47,975 nucleotides of DNA from Bacteriovoracaceae bacterium (lineage in GTDB: Bacteria; Bdellovibrionota; Bacteriovoracia; Bacteriovoracales; Bacteriovoracaceae). The stretch covers positions 1-47,975 of the forward strand of contig JAGLCH010000223.1 of assembly GCA_023146355.1 (NCBI GenBank). The letters run 5' to 3'. Under the pieces are notes generated by a model. It saw only the letters and a program-made list of their open reading frames with translations, was not told the origin of the DNA and ran no database searches. Position 1 is the stretch's first letter. Each line of letters opens with the position of its first letter. Below, piece by piece: positions 9,382-20,681 of this stretch. The position numbers and the translations under genes are program-made.

Positions 9382-9683
9382 GCCATTGTGTGTGATTGAA
9401 CCATTGGTCTTTTCTTATCGTATTTTGGTCCTTGAATTTGGCGCTTACCTTTTTCAACAGTCAATTCTCGTCCGCCCATGTCTTTCCCATTTAAGGCAGC
9501 GATAACGTTATTGGCATCCTGTTGCTTTTCCATTTCAATGAATCCATAACCTTTTGACTTGTTGTTGTAAGAATTTCTTACAATCTTAGCAAGCGAGACT
9601 TCACCAAACTCAGCAAACATCTCTTTTAATTGGTCTTCATCAGTTGTGAATGGGATATTCCCGATATAAAGTTTATAGCTCAC
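9378..9683 (-). CDS. RRM-type RNA-binding protein
   Basis: RNP2 KLYIGNI and RNP1 KGYGFIEM. The listed TTG start lies inside a GGAGG RBS, and a GTG 5 nt downstream of that RBS (9683) is the more likely start. Confidence 0.85.
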   Translation of the reverse strand: MSYKLYIGNIPFTTDEDQLKEMFAEFGEVSLAKIVRNSYNNKSKGYGFIEMEKQQDANNVIAALNGKDMGGRELTVEKGKRQIQGPKYDKKRPMVQSHTMA

Positions 9684-9798
9684 AGTTACCTCCAAGTATC
9701 TTTGATCTATGAGATTGGATACTTAGTCTGAACCATGGATAAGAGGGAATCAAATAAAGAAAACTAAAATATTAGCAAAAGAATTTCTTGGTTTTTTC

Positions 9799-10764
9799 TT
9801 AACGTCGTTTTGCCTTTATACAAAATCTCATGGGAGCGGGGTGTCCTTCAACCGTTTTCGTTGGATCTTCAGGGTCGATAAAGTCATTTAATGACTGAAA
9901 TGGAGCAGGGCACCATGGGGTATTACGTTGTTCCTCATCAGTTAGAGGAGTTGCAGCAATTACTTCTACGTCTATAAACTTCGCCTTTTTTGCCCAGTTG
10001 ATGAAACAGCTCAGAGTAGGAATAAACCAAACATTTCTCATCTTTGCATATCTATCCTCTGGGAAAAGAGCGTAGGACTCCTCGCCTGGAATACCAATCG
10101 TTTCCAAAATGGCCTCACCGCCTGGAACTAATGCCTCGCGAATATCAATTAGCTGTTGAATAGGGTGGCGATGATGGTAGATAATTCCCATAGAAAAAAT
10201 AGTGTCGAAGAGGCCTTTAAAGCAATCTAGATGTTCAACACCAAATAGCTCAAAGTGAAGTTTGGAACTGTTTGCATATTTATTCATTACCTGAAATTGA
10301 GCATCACAAGCTGTCATGGGGTCAATACCAATTACGAGCTCAGGGTTTTGCTCAAGCATTCTGAACATGAAGTAACCATTGTTACAGCCAATATCTAGAA
10401 TCTTTTTCCCTTCCAGTGAGGAGATAGAATTTTTCAGGCGCTCCCACTTAAAGTCTGAGCGCCATTCAGCATCGAGTTCAATTCCAAAAAGGTTAAATGG
10501 CCCTTTTCGCCAAGGAAGCATCGACTGCATACTATCAATAATTTGTTTTTTTTCTTCCTCTGAAATTTCAGAGCTATCGCCAATAGTGACTGCAGCTTGA
10601 GAATAGTTAAATGACTTTGTGTGTACTTCGGGGAGAGATTTTAGTGCATTGAGGTAATCGAGGTTCGATTCTCTGTCCCACCATAAATCTCTTTCTTTTT
10701 TGATTTCAATAAGACGATTAAGGTCAACATTATTTTGATATTCGTTTAGGTACTCCAAGGTCAT
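9799..10764 (-). CDS. cmoB: tRNA U34 carboxymethyltransferase
   Basis: 321 aa. SAM-MTase motif ILDIGCNNGYF and the conserved WRSDFKWERL segment typical of CmoB. Overlaps cmoA by 1 nt. Confidence 0.85.
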   Translation of the reverse strand: MTLEYLNEYQNNVDLNRLIEIKKERDLWWDRESNLDYLNALKSLPEVHTKSFNYSQAAVTIGDSSEISEEEKKQIIDSMQSMLPWRKGPFNLFGIELDAEWRSDFKWERLKNSISSLEGKKILDIGCNNGYFMFRMLEQNPELVIGIDPMTACDAQFQVMNKYANSSKLHFELFGVEHLDCFKGLFDTIFSMGIIYHHRHPIQQLIDIREALVPGGEAILETIGIPGEESYALFPEDRYAKMRNVWFIPTLSCFINWAKKAKFIDVEVIAATPLTDEEQRNTPWCPAPFQSLNDFIDPEDPTKTVEGHPAPMRFCIKAKRR

Positions 10765-11498
10765 TATTTAATTCCAATGAAACATGCAAAGTTATACCAG
10801 CGAAAGATTACTTCAACTTTTTTAAAGCCTGCTTTTTTTAGAAGCTCAATTTGTCTTTCAGGTGTAAGGGGAACGAGAACGTTTTCAAGCGCTTCGCGTT
10901 TTTGTGAGATCTCTAGTTCAGAGTATCCATTTCGCCTCTTGAAATCGTAGTACAGGTCAATCAAAAGATCATTAACAGTATGGTTTGTGCATTTAATCTT
11001 TTCGCTAAGAACAAAGACGCCACCTGGTTTCAGTGAGCGATAGATCTTTTTTAGTAGCTCTGGTCTTTTCGCAGTATCGATAAATTGTAGAGTATAATTC
11101 ATAACTGCAAACATAGATTTTTGAAGCTTGATATTTTCAATGCTGTCGCAAATTAACTCTGTATTTGTGATTTTTTTTCGTTTTAATTTAGCACGACATT
11201 TTTCAAGCATTGGCCCTGAACTATCGATGCCTATAAAGTTTGCCTTTTGTTTTTTATTTTTTAAAAATTTATCAACAATTGAAATGGTTGTTCCCGTAGA
11301 GCACCCGATATCGTATATTATTTCGTTATCAAGCTTTAGTCGCCCCGCCAAATCTAAAATTATTCGATGAATCTCATCGTAGAAAGGGATCGAACGGCTA
11401 AGCATATCGTCAAATACTTCTGCTACATCGCTGTTAAATTCAAAGCCTTTAATTTTCTTAAGCTCTGTGTCGAATATTTTGTCCTTTTTTGATTCCAT
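10764..11498 (-). CDS. cmoA: Carboxy-S-adenosyl-L-methionine synthase
   Basis: 244 aa. FDDMLSRSIPFYDE, the IYDIGCSTG SAM motif and NYTLQFI match the CmoA family. Paired with cmoB. Confidence 0.85.
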   Translation of the reverse strand: MESKKDKIFDTELKKIKGFEFNSDVAEVFDDMLSRSIPFYDEIHRIILDLAGRLKLDNEIIYDIGCSTGTTISIVDKFLKNKKQKANFIGIDSSGPMLEKCRAKLKRKKITNTELICDSIENIKLQKSMFAVMNYTLQFIDTAKRPELLKKIYRSLKPGGVFVLSEKIKCTNHTVNDLLIDLYYDFKRRNGYSELEISQKREALENVLVPLTPERQIELLKKAGFKKVEVIFRWYNFACFIGIK

Positions 11499-11753
11499 AA
11501 CCTTTGAATTACTGCACTAGGAACATTTTTACAAGAGATGTTAGCTAGAAACTAAATTTTGCTAGAAGTTAAATGACTTTTAAATGCTGTGAGCTTATAA
11601 TAACAGTTACTTATGTTGTTAAATCAAATGTATTGTAGCTTACTCAAGTTAAATTACCTTTTGATTAATTCAGTCGTAGGTTAAAAATGTTATATAACTT
11701 TTGTGCAAGCAGTAATCGATATTCCAGAAGGGATTATCTTGAAAGGATAGGAT

Positions 11754-12455
11754 ATGAATACATTGTTTTCTGAGGGTAAGACCATATGGATCTTAGAAGA
11801 AAATCTACAAATGATATCTTTATATAAAGACATCTTAGATTTCAGATATGATACCACTTACTTTACTTCATTGGATGAATTTCAGGGGATGCTGGGAGAT
11901 GCATCAAACAAGAAACCAGATCTCGTAATTAGTGAACTGATGGTTGGTGAAGACAACATCTTGAAGTTCATGCCAAAATTTAAAGAGGGTGATTTCTCAT
12001 GTACACCACTAATTGTAATCTCAGAGATTGAAGATCTCGATGCAATTCGCTTTTGCTTTGATAATGGTGCTACAGACTATTTGGTAAAGCCAATTAAGAA
12101 AAATGAAGTACTAATCAAAATTGAAAATGCACTTGTTGGCCGTCAAAATGCTATATTAGGCATGGATCGTCGTGAGCTAAGCTTAGATGGTGCAAAAATA
12201 GATAACCTCACTGCGAAGCAGATTCAAGTGCTTTCGCTCTTCTTAAATTCGCCGTCAAGAATTGTTAATAGAACAGATATCTTGGACAAAGTTTGGGGTA
12301 ATACTACAGTTCATCCAAAGACAGTTGATGTTCATCTATATAACTTGCGCCGCAAGCTTCATGAGTATGGGTATCTTATCCGCTCTGAGGGTGGTGGTCG
12401 CTGGATTCTTCTCTCAAATCGAGTTGAAGACCCTTTGCCAATGGCACAACACTAA
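11754..12455 (+). CDS. OmpR/PhoB-family response regulator with Glu at the phospho-acceptor position
   Basis: Receiver plus winged-helix output (VWGNTTVHPKTVDVHLYNLRRKL). The acceptor context reads PDLVISELMVG where PhoB has DLILLDWMLP. The conserved Ser/Thr (VISE) and Lys (VKPI) are kept. Confidence 0.75.
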   Translation: MNTLFSEGKTIWILEENLQMISLYKDILDFRYDTTYFTSLDEFQGMLGDASNKKPDLVISELMVGEDNILKFMPKFKEGDFSCTPLIVISEIEDLDAIRFCFDNGATDYLVKPIKKNEVLIKIENALVGRQNAILGMDRRELSLDGAKIDNLTAKQIQVLSLFLNSPSRIVNRTDILDKVWGNTTVHPKTVDVHLYNLRRKLHEYGYLIRSEGGGRWILLSNRVEDPLPMAQH

Positions 12456-12468
12456 ATTATATATACTT

Positions 12469-12492
12469 GGGGCCCGCTTTTGCGGGTCTTGT
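12469..12492 (+). terminator. Rho-independent terminator after the response regulator gene
   Basis: GGCCCGC-TTTT-GCGGGTC hairpin with one G-U pair, followed by a T-rich tract. Confidence 0.6.
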
Positions 12493-12563
12493 TCTATCTG
12501 GTCAACAAGTTAAAATTCTGATACAAAACCTAAAATTAAATAACCATAATAATGTAGGACAAA

Positions 12564-13691
12564 ATGCTATATTTTGATCATGCTGCATCAACTCCACTTA
12601 ATACTGCTGGACTTGAGGTACTTAAAAAGTCACTAGAAGTGGATTTTGCAAATCCATCAGCTGCTCATAAGCTTGGAAAGGTTCTCTTAAAGAGAATAGA
12701 AGCTGCGCGAAAAACATTTCTTGAGTTGCTTAGGGCAACTGAGTATGACTTTATTTTTACCTCTTCGGCAACTGAATCTAATAATACTGTGATCAAAGGA
12801 TTAGAGCTTTTTATTGAGGATTCAGTTATCGCATCAACTGGAGATCATCCTAGCTTAAGTGGACCGATTGCTTCTCTTAAAGACTTTTCATTAACGGAGC
12901 TTCCTCTTCTTGTTAGTGGAGAGGTCGACTACAGTGCCCTTGAGAAATTAGACCTTTCAAGTATCACTCTTCTTGCTATTGCCCATGTAAATAACCACAC
13001 AGGTAATATTCAGGATGTTGAGCGAATCTCACAGATTATTAAATCTAGGTCTCCAAAAGCTCATGTCCACGTTGATGGAGTCCAGTCTTTTGGAAAAATT
13101 CCATTCTCCCTAAAGGGAAGTGCTATAGATAGCTACTCCATATCGGGACATAAGATAGGTGCCTCGAAAGGAATCTCTGGCCTTTATTTAAAAAAGGGAA
13201 TTGCTCTTTCTTCTCTTCTCTGTGGTGGTGGTCATGAAGGGGGAAGACGTTCTTCTACTCTTTTTGCTCCACTTATTTTTGGCTTTGAAGCAACAGCATT
13301 AGATGTATTTAATAAACTTGAAGATCATTACGATTTAGTCGAAGCTTATTACCAAAAAGTTAAGAGCTCTATCGAAAGAGAGCTGCCGAGTATTAAATTT
13401 CCATTTGAAAATGTTTCTCCTTATATTTTAACTTTTGTGGTTCCAAAAATTTCGAGTGACATTGTGATGCGCCACCTAGAGCGTGATGACGTGTTTGTTG
13501 CCAGTAGCTCAGCTTGTTCGTCAAAAGTTAAGGGATTCAGTCCTGTGTATCAGGCGTTAAAACTACCTGTTGAGGAGCACAAAAATGTTCTCCGTATTTC
13601 TTTTTCATATACTCAAACTGAAAATGAGTTGAATCAGTTTGTAGATAAATTTACTCAGTGTTTAAGCAGTTTGAAATTTCTAATTAAATAA
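12564..13691 (+). CDS. NifS/IscS-family cysteine desulfurase
   Basis: Class-V aminotransferase fold. PLP-lysine context SISGHKIGASKG and the active-site Cys loop SSSACSS. Confidence 0.8.
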   Translation: MLYFDHAASTPLNTAGLEVLKKSLEVDFANPSAAHKLGKVLLKRIEAARKTFLELLRATEYDFIFTSSATESNNTVIKGLELFIEDSVIASTGDHPSLSGPIASLKDFSLTELPLLVSGEVDYSALEKLDLSSITLLAIAHVNNHTGNIQDVERISQIIKSRSPKAHVHVDGVQSFGKIPFSLKGSAIDSYSISGHKIGASKGISGLYLKKGIALSSLLCGGGHEGGRRSSTLFAPLIFGFEATALDVFNKLEDHYDLVEAYYQKVKSSIERELPSIKFPFENVSPYILTFVVPKISSDIVMRHLERDDVFVASSSACSSKVKGFSPVYQALKLPVEEHKNVLRISFSYTQTENELNQFVDKFTQCLSSLKFLIK

Positions 13692-13699
13692 GGGATCCA

Positions 13700-14920
13700 A
13701 TGAAAGAAGTTCTAATGATTAATGTTGATGAATTGTGGCTAAAGGGAAAAAACCGCCCTCAATATTTTCGCGCAATCAAGTCTCACCTGAAGGATTTATT
13801 TAAAAAGTCCCATGGGGTGTCAACGACAATTATAAATGTAAACCAAAGGCTTGTTGCAACAAGCGAGAAGGCATTTGCCAGAGATATTCAGGATAGAATT
13901 ATAAATGTTCCCGGCGTTCACTCTATTTGCCTTGCCGAAATGGCACCTCTGGACCTTGAGGAGGCAAGCAAGATTGCAATTGCTCAACTCGATAAGATGG
14001 AGTCTTTTCCAAAGACCTTTAAGGTCACCTGTAAGCGAATAAATAAACAGTTTGATATGAGAAGCATGGATGCCGCTAGAGAAATGGGGGCAATCTTGCT
14101 TAGACACTACGATGGAACTGAAAATGCCCTTAAGGTAGATGTTCGTAAGCCTCAGGTTTTCGTTGATCTTAAAATTCACCGCGATGGAATCTATGTCAGT
14201 ACAGAGAAGAGATTGGCCATTGGTGGGCTTCCATGGGGGACAAGTGGTCACTTGGTAACTATGCTTTCTGGCGGATTTGATTCCCCTATTGCTAGCTATA
14301 TGATGGCCCGCCGTGGTTGTAAGCAAACGTTTGTGTTTTTCTATGCTTACCCTTATGTGGGGGAGGAAGTTAAGGAAAAACTTTTAGATATGGCCAGTAA
14401 GCTTGGAGAGTTTCAACGGGGCTCAAAAATCTATATTGTTCCCTTTGGAGATCTGCAGGACTTAATTGCGAAGAGCTGCAAGGAAGAGTATCGCACACTT
14501 CTGTTTAGAAGAATTATGGTTGAATGCTCTACTGAATTGGCGTCAAGAATAAAGGCCTCTGCGCTGCTTACAGGGGATGCGCTAGGACAGGTTTCAAGTC
14601 AGACCTTAGAGAATATTTCCTATATAGATAGGGTTTCTAAGCTTCCTATCTTTAGACCTTTGATTGGTTTTAATAAAATTGAAATTGTTAATATGTCTAA
14701 AGTCGCAGGTACCCATGATATTTCAGTAAGGCCTCACGATGATGCCTGTAGCTTGTTTGCACCAAAACACCCTGTGATTAGGCCTGATCTTGAGTATCTT
14801 AAGGAATTTGAATCGAGCTTCAAATATGAGGATGCTGTAAAGAATGCTGTTGATCGTTCTGAGATTTATGCAATCAGCTCTATTGGTGAGGTAAAACTGG
14901 TCTCTGACCCGATAGAATAA
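13700..14920 (+). CDS. thiI: tRNA 4-thiouridine synthase ThiI (short form, no rhodanese domain)
   Basis: THUMP-like N-terminus and PP-loop MLSGGFDSPIASY. At 406 aa it ends before the point where the E. coli-type rhodanese extension would start. Confidence 0.85.
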   Translation: MKEVLMINVDELWLKGKNRPQYFRAIKSHLKDLFKKSHGVSTTIINVNQRLVATSEKAFARDIQDRIINVPGVHSICLAEMAPLDLEEASKIAIAQLDKMESFPKTFKVTCKRINKQFDMRSMDAAREMGAILLRHYDGTENALKVDVRKPQVFVDLKIHRDGIYVSTEKRLAIGGLPWGTSGHLVTMLSGGFDSPIASYMMARRGCKQTFVFFYAYPYVGEEVKEKLLDMASKLGEFQRGSKIYIVPFGDLQDLIAKSCKEEYRTLLFRRIMVECSTELASRIKASALLTGDALGQVSSQTLENISYIDRVSKLPIFRPLIGFNKIEIVNMSKVAGTHDISVRPHDDACSLFAPKHPVIRPDLEYLKEFESSFKYEDAVKNAVDRSEIYAISSIGEVKLVSDPIE

Positions 14921-14925
14921 TCCGC

Positions 14926-16197
14926 TTGAAATCTACACCATTCAATAAGAGAATAGAGGGAGTGAAAATAAAATATTTGCTCCCTCTTTTACTATTTCTT
15001 GTTGCCTCTCAGTCTTTTGGGGGGATGAAACGCATTCTTCTCAAGTGGGATGACCCAATGATTGCTTCGGGTGGCCATCAGGGAGAGATATTCCAAGTTG
15101 GCGCAGTTGGGCATAAATCTGTGCATCAATTTACTTCCAGTAAAAATCGCTATATTTGGAAATCTGCACTCGATGGTTTTTTTCTTTTGAAGGTTTCCCC
15201 ACTAAATAGCGATGGACTTGTAGTCTCTGAAGAAATTCAAGAGAAAAAAATCTTTATCAGTAACCCTCCCGATGGAGTTAAATTCCTACGTCAGTATCTT
15301 TGTGAAGAGGATTATCGATATGATTGGAATAAGGCAGTTGGAAAGGCAAAATATCTCCTTAGGCTGTATGATATGACAGCAAGTAGAGTCGTCTATCGGC
15401 AACTTTCTCGAAGTAACCAAGTTAGCTTTCAAAAAGAAATGTTTGTAAAAGGTCACCGCTACCACTTTAGTGTTATTGAAGGCAGAGTAGGGGGAGAGGT
15501 TAGACTTGGAGTAAATCGCTATCTCGACTTTAGAGCATGTGATGAAAGGCCTCAAAAAGTATTGCCACCTCTCACTAAAATGGGTGCAAATATTTATTAC
15601 ACTCCTCGCTATTCTATCCATAAACAAGAGGGTTCCAGCACTCTTGGTAGTGAACCGTTTTCCTATGTCTCCTTTGGTGGAGACTTTGAATCTCCACGAC
15701 TTGGAAAAAGTAGCTACTGGGGTCGCTTTGATTATCATAGTTACAATAGACCCTCCGGTTCTATCTTTATTGAGGAAATAAGTGCTGAAGTTCTTTATAA
15801 AAGGCATATGGGCGTAAGTTGGACTCTTTTGGCCGGTTTAGAATATGAAGACTTTGGAAGCTTTAATAGTGAAGCAGAGGCAGTATCAGGTAGTATTTTA
15901 GAAGATCGTCATCGCTTGGTATATGGTGAGCTTGGGGCGATTAAGTTATTTTGGCCTTTAGATAAACGTCTTGAGGTTAAATTTGTTTTGGGATACTCGG
16001 TTTATAGCTCAACTATCTTTGGAGACGCGAAAAGCTCAAAACAAAGTGTCTACACGGGCCATAAATTCAAGCTCGTAACCGACCTCTACCTTACACAAAA
16101 CTTTTTTATTAAAGGTGGAATTGAGGGGAGAGTTCTCTCCGGAAATGATAATTATTCACGCTACGATATATTTTTTGGACCAGGGGTGAGTTACTGA
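14926..16197 (+). CDS. Putative outer-membrane beta-barrel protein
   Basis: Signal peptide (KYLLPLLLFLVASQSFG), a C-terminal half with alternating hydrophobic residues, and a terminal aromatic (GPGVSY). The start is uncertain (TTG 14926 or GTG 14962). Confidence 0.45.
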   Translation: MKSTPFNKRIEGVKIKYLLPLLLFLVASQSFGGMKRILLKWDDPMIASGGHQGEIFQVGAVGHKSVHQFTSSKNRYIWKSALDGFFLLKVSPLNSDGLVVSEEIQEKKIFISNPPDGVKFLRQYLCEEDYRYDWNKAVGKAKYLLRLYDMTASRVVYRQLSRSNQVSFQKEMFVKGHRYHFSVIEGRVGGEVRLGVNRYLDFRACDERPQKVLPPLTKMGANIYYTPRYSIHKQEGSSTLGSEPFSYVSFGGDFESPRLGKSSYWGRFDYHSYNRPSGSIFIEEISAEVLYKRHMGVSWTLLAGLEYEDFGSFNSEAEAVSGSILEDRHRLVYGELGAIKLFWPLDKRLEVKFVLGYSVYSSTIFGDAKSSKQSVYTGHKFKLVTDLYLTQNFFIKGGIEGRVLSGNDNYSRYDIFFGPGVSY

Positions 16198-16283
16198 CCA
16201 TTTTCGTCCATTTCTTTTCAGGTTTCTCCATAGGTAAAATCAAATATCTTGGAACTGATTAGTTTCTATTATAAAATATTTAA

Positions 16284-17924
<1,641 letters not shown>

Positions 17925-17930
17925 AAACTT

Positions 17931-19859
17931 ATGGCAAGTATTCAAAGTATGTTCCTATTTCTTTCCGGCTTCATTGTTATTAGTTTAGCAGCGAAGCAGG
18001 TTGGAAAGTATTTTAAAGACTATAAACTTCCACTCATTAGTGGCTTTTTATTCACTGGAATTATCGCCGGCCCATATGTTTTAGGACTTATTGGCAGTGA
18101 TGCGGTAAAAAGCTTGTCATTTATTGATCAGATCTCACTTGCCTTCATTGCCTTCATTGCAGGTAGTGAGATCTATGTCGAAGAGTTTAGATCTCTTTTT
18201 AAGAGTATAAGAAAAGTTACTGCGTTTATGGCAGTCACAACGCTCACTGTTGTCGCAACTGTAATCTTTCTTTTTTCTGACCAAATTCCCTTTATGGGCG
18301 CTATGAGTCTATTAGAAAGAATAGGTGTTTCTCTTTTGGCCGGAGGGATCTTATGTGCAATCTCTCCTTCCTCTACTGTCGCCGTTATTAAGGAGTTGAG
18401 AGCGAAGGGTCCATTTACCCAAATATCATTAGGCGTTACCGTCTTTATGGATGTCATCGTCGTCACTCTTTTTGCATTTAACTCATCTATCGTTGATGCA
18501 ATATTTAAAGATGTTGGTTTCAATCTGTGGTTTTTAATCACCTTGATTCTAGAGATTGGAGCTTCAGTTGTTTTAGGTATTGCTGTTGGTAAGCTGATGT
18601 GTGTCGTCACAGGTCTGCGCATTCCTCCAAAGGTAAAAGCTATTACCTATTTGGTTATGGGTTATATGGTGTTCTCTGGAACCCACTTTTTTGAAGAGTT
18701 TATGCATCATCAGTTTGCGATTGAAGTGGTATTTGAACCTCTTTTGATCTGTATGATTGCAAGCTTCTTTGTTTCAAATCGCTCTGAAAATCGCGATGAG
18801 TTTTTGACGATCATGGAAAAGACATCCATGCCCATCTATGTGATTTTCTTTACTCTCACTGGTGCTTCTCTAAATCTAGAACTTCTTTCTTCGGTGTGGG
18901 CAATTGCTCTTACTATTTTCATTGCGCGAGTTGGTGGACTATTTGTTGGGAGTTTTGCTGGTGGAATGCTGGATGGTCAAAAGGCTAAAGTCAGTTCTCG
19001 CTTTTGGATGTCATTTATAACCCAGGCAGGAGTGGGACTTGGTCTTGCTAAAGAGGTATCTGTTTCCTTTCCCGAATGGGGAGATGAATTTGCAACTCTC
19101 GTTATTTCAGTCATCGTTATTAATCAGATCTTAGGACCTGCATTTTTTAAGTTTGCCATTATATCTCTAAAAGAATCTCACACTCGAAAGAGCGACTCTC
19201 TCTACGAGGGAAAAAGAAAGGCAGTTATATTTGGTATCTCTGGTCAGTCGGCCACCTTAGCACTACAGCTAAAGTCTCATCACTGGAAGGTTAAAATAGC
19301 TTGTCCCCGTAGAGATGAAGTAGAGGAAGTGATGAACTCTGAGATTGAAGTTCATCCATTGCCTGACTTTGAGCTGTCTACGATTCGTGAACTCGGAGCA
19401 GAAAAAGCGGGAGCTTTTGTCTTCATGCTTAGTGATGATGAGAATTATGTTCTTTGTGAGCATATTTATGAGCACTATGGAGAGGCAACTATGATTGTTC
19501 TTCTCAATGAACGTGCAAATTACGACAAGTTTAAAGAGTTAGGTTGTCTTATTGTTTCTCCGTCAACTGCAATTATAAGTCTTCTCGATCATTTTGTAAG
19601 ATCTCCATCAGGTGCTTCACTTCTTCTTGGAATGGAAGATAAACAAGATATTGTGGACATTACAGTGCGCAACCCTAATCTCTATGGCGTGTATCTAAAA
19701 GATATGCGTCTGCCTCTGGATGTTCTTATTGTGTCGCTTCATCGGCATGGGAGAAATCTCGACGTGCATGGAAATATCAAATTTCAAGTTGGTGATATCG
19801 TCACGATCGTTGGAAGTGAAGAGAGTCTTGAGGATGTGACAATACGATTTGGGGTATAG
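17931..19859 (+). CDS. CPA2-family cation:proton antiporter with C-terminal RCK/TrkA domains
   Basis: About 12 TM helices of Kef/NapA type, followed by a soluble region with a Rossmann-like segment (AVIFGISGQS) and a TrkA-C-like end (GDIVTIVGSEE). Confidence 0.75.
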   Translation: MASIQSMFLFLSGFIVISLAAKQVGKYFKDYKLPLISGFLFTGIIAGPYVLGLIGSDAVKSLSFIDQISLAFIAFIAGSEIYVEEFRSLFKSIRKVTAFMAVTTLTVVATVIFLFSDQIPFMGAMSLLERIGVSLLAGGILCAISPSSTVAVIKELRAKGPFTQISLGVTVFMDVIVVTLFAFNSSIVDAIFKDVGFNLWFLITLILEIGASVVLGIAVGKLMCVVTGLRIPPKVKAITYLVMGYMVFSGTHFFEEFMHHQFAIEVVFEPLLICMIASFFVSNRSENRDEFLTIMEKTSMPIYVIFFTLTGASLNLELLSSVWAIALTIFIARVGGLFVGSFAGGMLDGQKAKVSSRFWMSFITQAGVGLGLAKEVSVSFPEWGDEFATLVISVIVINQILGPAFFKFAIISLKESHTRKSDSLYEGKRKAVIFGISGQSATLALQLKSHHWKVKIACPRRDEVEEVMNSEIEVHPLPDFELSTIRELGAEKAGAFVFMLSDDENYVLCEHIYEHYGEATMIVLLNERANYDKFKELGCLIVSPSTAIISLLDHFVRSPSGASLLLGMEDKQDIVDITVRNPNLYGVYLKDMRLPLDVLIVSLHRHGRNLDVHGNIKFQVGDIVTIVGSEESLEDVTIRFGV

Positions 19860-19939
19860 GGAACTATTGTTACACGTTGTTTTTAGATAGACTGCGTGCT
19901 AAATTCTGACTGAGTGTTGCGTTAAAATAAAGGTTACCT

Positions 19940-20596
19940 GTGATTGAATATGTTATTCCTGAAAATCCCGATGATAGAATATTAAATCGAGCATCTCTCT
20001 TGATGGAGGAAGGCGGCATTGTCTGTTTTCCTACAGATACCAACTGGGTATTCGCTGCCAGTACTGATTCAAAGAAAGGTATTGATGCCCTTTATGTAAT
20101 AAAAGGTGCAGAGAAGGGGAAGCACTTCAGCATGATGTGTAGTAACATTTCTGAAGCAAGTCAGTACGGTATAATATACGACAGCGCTTTTAAAAAGATC
20201 CGCAAAGTTCTTCCGGGGCCCTTCACTCTCATTTTTGAGCCAACAAAAGAACTCCCCCGGGCCATTCGTGGCTATCGAAAAGAAAAAGAAATCGGAATTC
20301 GTATTCCTGCTTCAAATTTATGTAAGCGGTTACTGGAAGCAACAGGCAAACCAATTATTACGACATCAATTACCCATGAAATGCTTGAGAAAACAGATGC
20401 TGGAATCTACTTAGATCAAGATAGCATGATCTATAGCTACCAGCTTGAAGAAGCATATGGGCATCGCCTAAAGATGATTATTGATCCGGGAGACTTTGAG
20501 TTTCATGGAAGTAGTTCTGTAATTAGCTTTGCTACAGATGATGGATCTCCCGAGGTTATCCGAGCTGGAGCTGGTGACGTCTCTGTCTTTCTCTAA
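19940..20596 (+). CDS. YrdC/YciO/Sua5-family protein (L-threonylcarbamoyladenylate synthase family)
   Basis: CFPTDTNWVFA (PTDT.Y.L type), LPGPFTLIF, GIRIP. GTG start. Single-domain size of 218 aa. Confidence 0.7.
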   Translation: MIEYVIPENPDDRILNRASLLMEEGGIVCFPTDTNWVFAASTDSKKGIDALYVIKGAEKGKHFSMMCSNISEASQYGIIYDSAFKKIRKVLPGPFTLIFEPTKELPRAIRGYRKEKEIGIRIPASNLCKRLLEATGKPIITTSITHEMLEKTDAGIYLDQDSMIYSYQLEEAYGHRLKMIIDPGDFEFHGSSSVISFATDDGSPEVIRAGAGDVSVFL

Positions 20597-20681
20597 TTCT
20601 GTGAGTTCATTCTCACCTCCTTGTTTTCCCCTTTTAAGAGTTGTATTATAAGTGTCTGTTAAAAATTAAAAAAGGTTATTT

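Noticed and set aside
10661-10680. tRNA T-loop-like string GGTTCGATTCT
   Set aside because: It lies inside the well-supported cmoB CDS, and no acceptor, D-arm or anticodon-arm pairing can be drawn around it.
13820-14326. 168-aa antisense ORF inside thiI. Similar long antisense ORFs occur at 15286-15807, 17304-17747, 18173-18622 and 35615-35896.
   Set aside because: Each lies entirely inside, and opposite to, a CDS with strong family motifs. Their translations are low-complexity or Cys/Ser/Ile-rich with no motifs. Such ORFs are typical of AT-rich genomes, where stop codons are depleted on the antisense strand.
18141-18158. Perfect 9-nt tandem duplication GCCTTCATT x2
   Set aside because: It is in frame within the antiporter gene and encodes AFIAFI in a TM helix. 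This is a trivial local duplication, not a repeat element.
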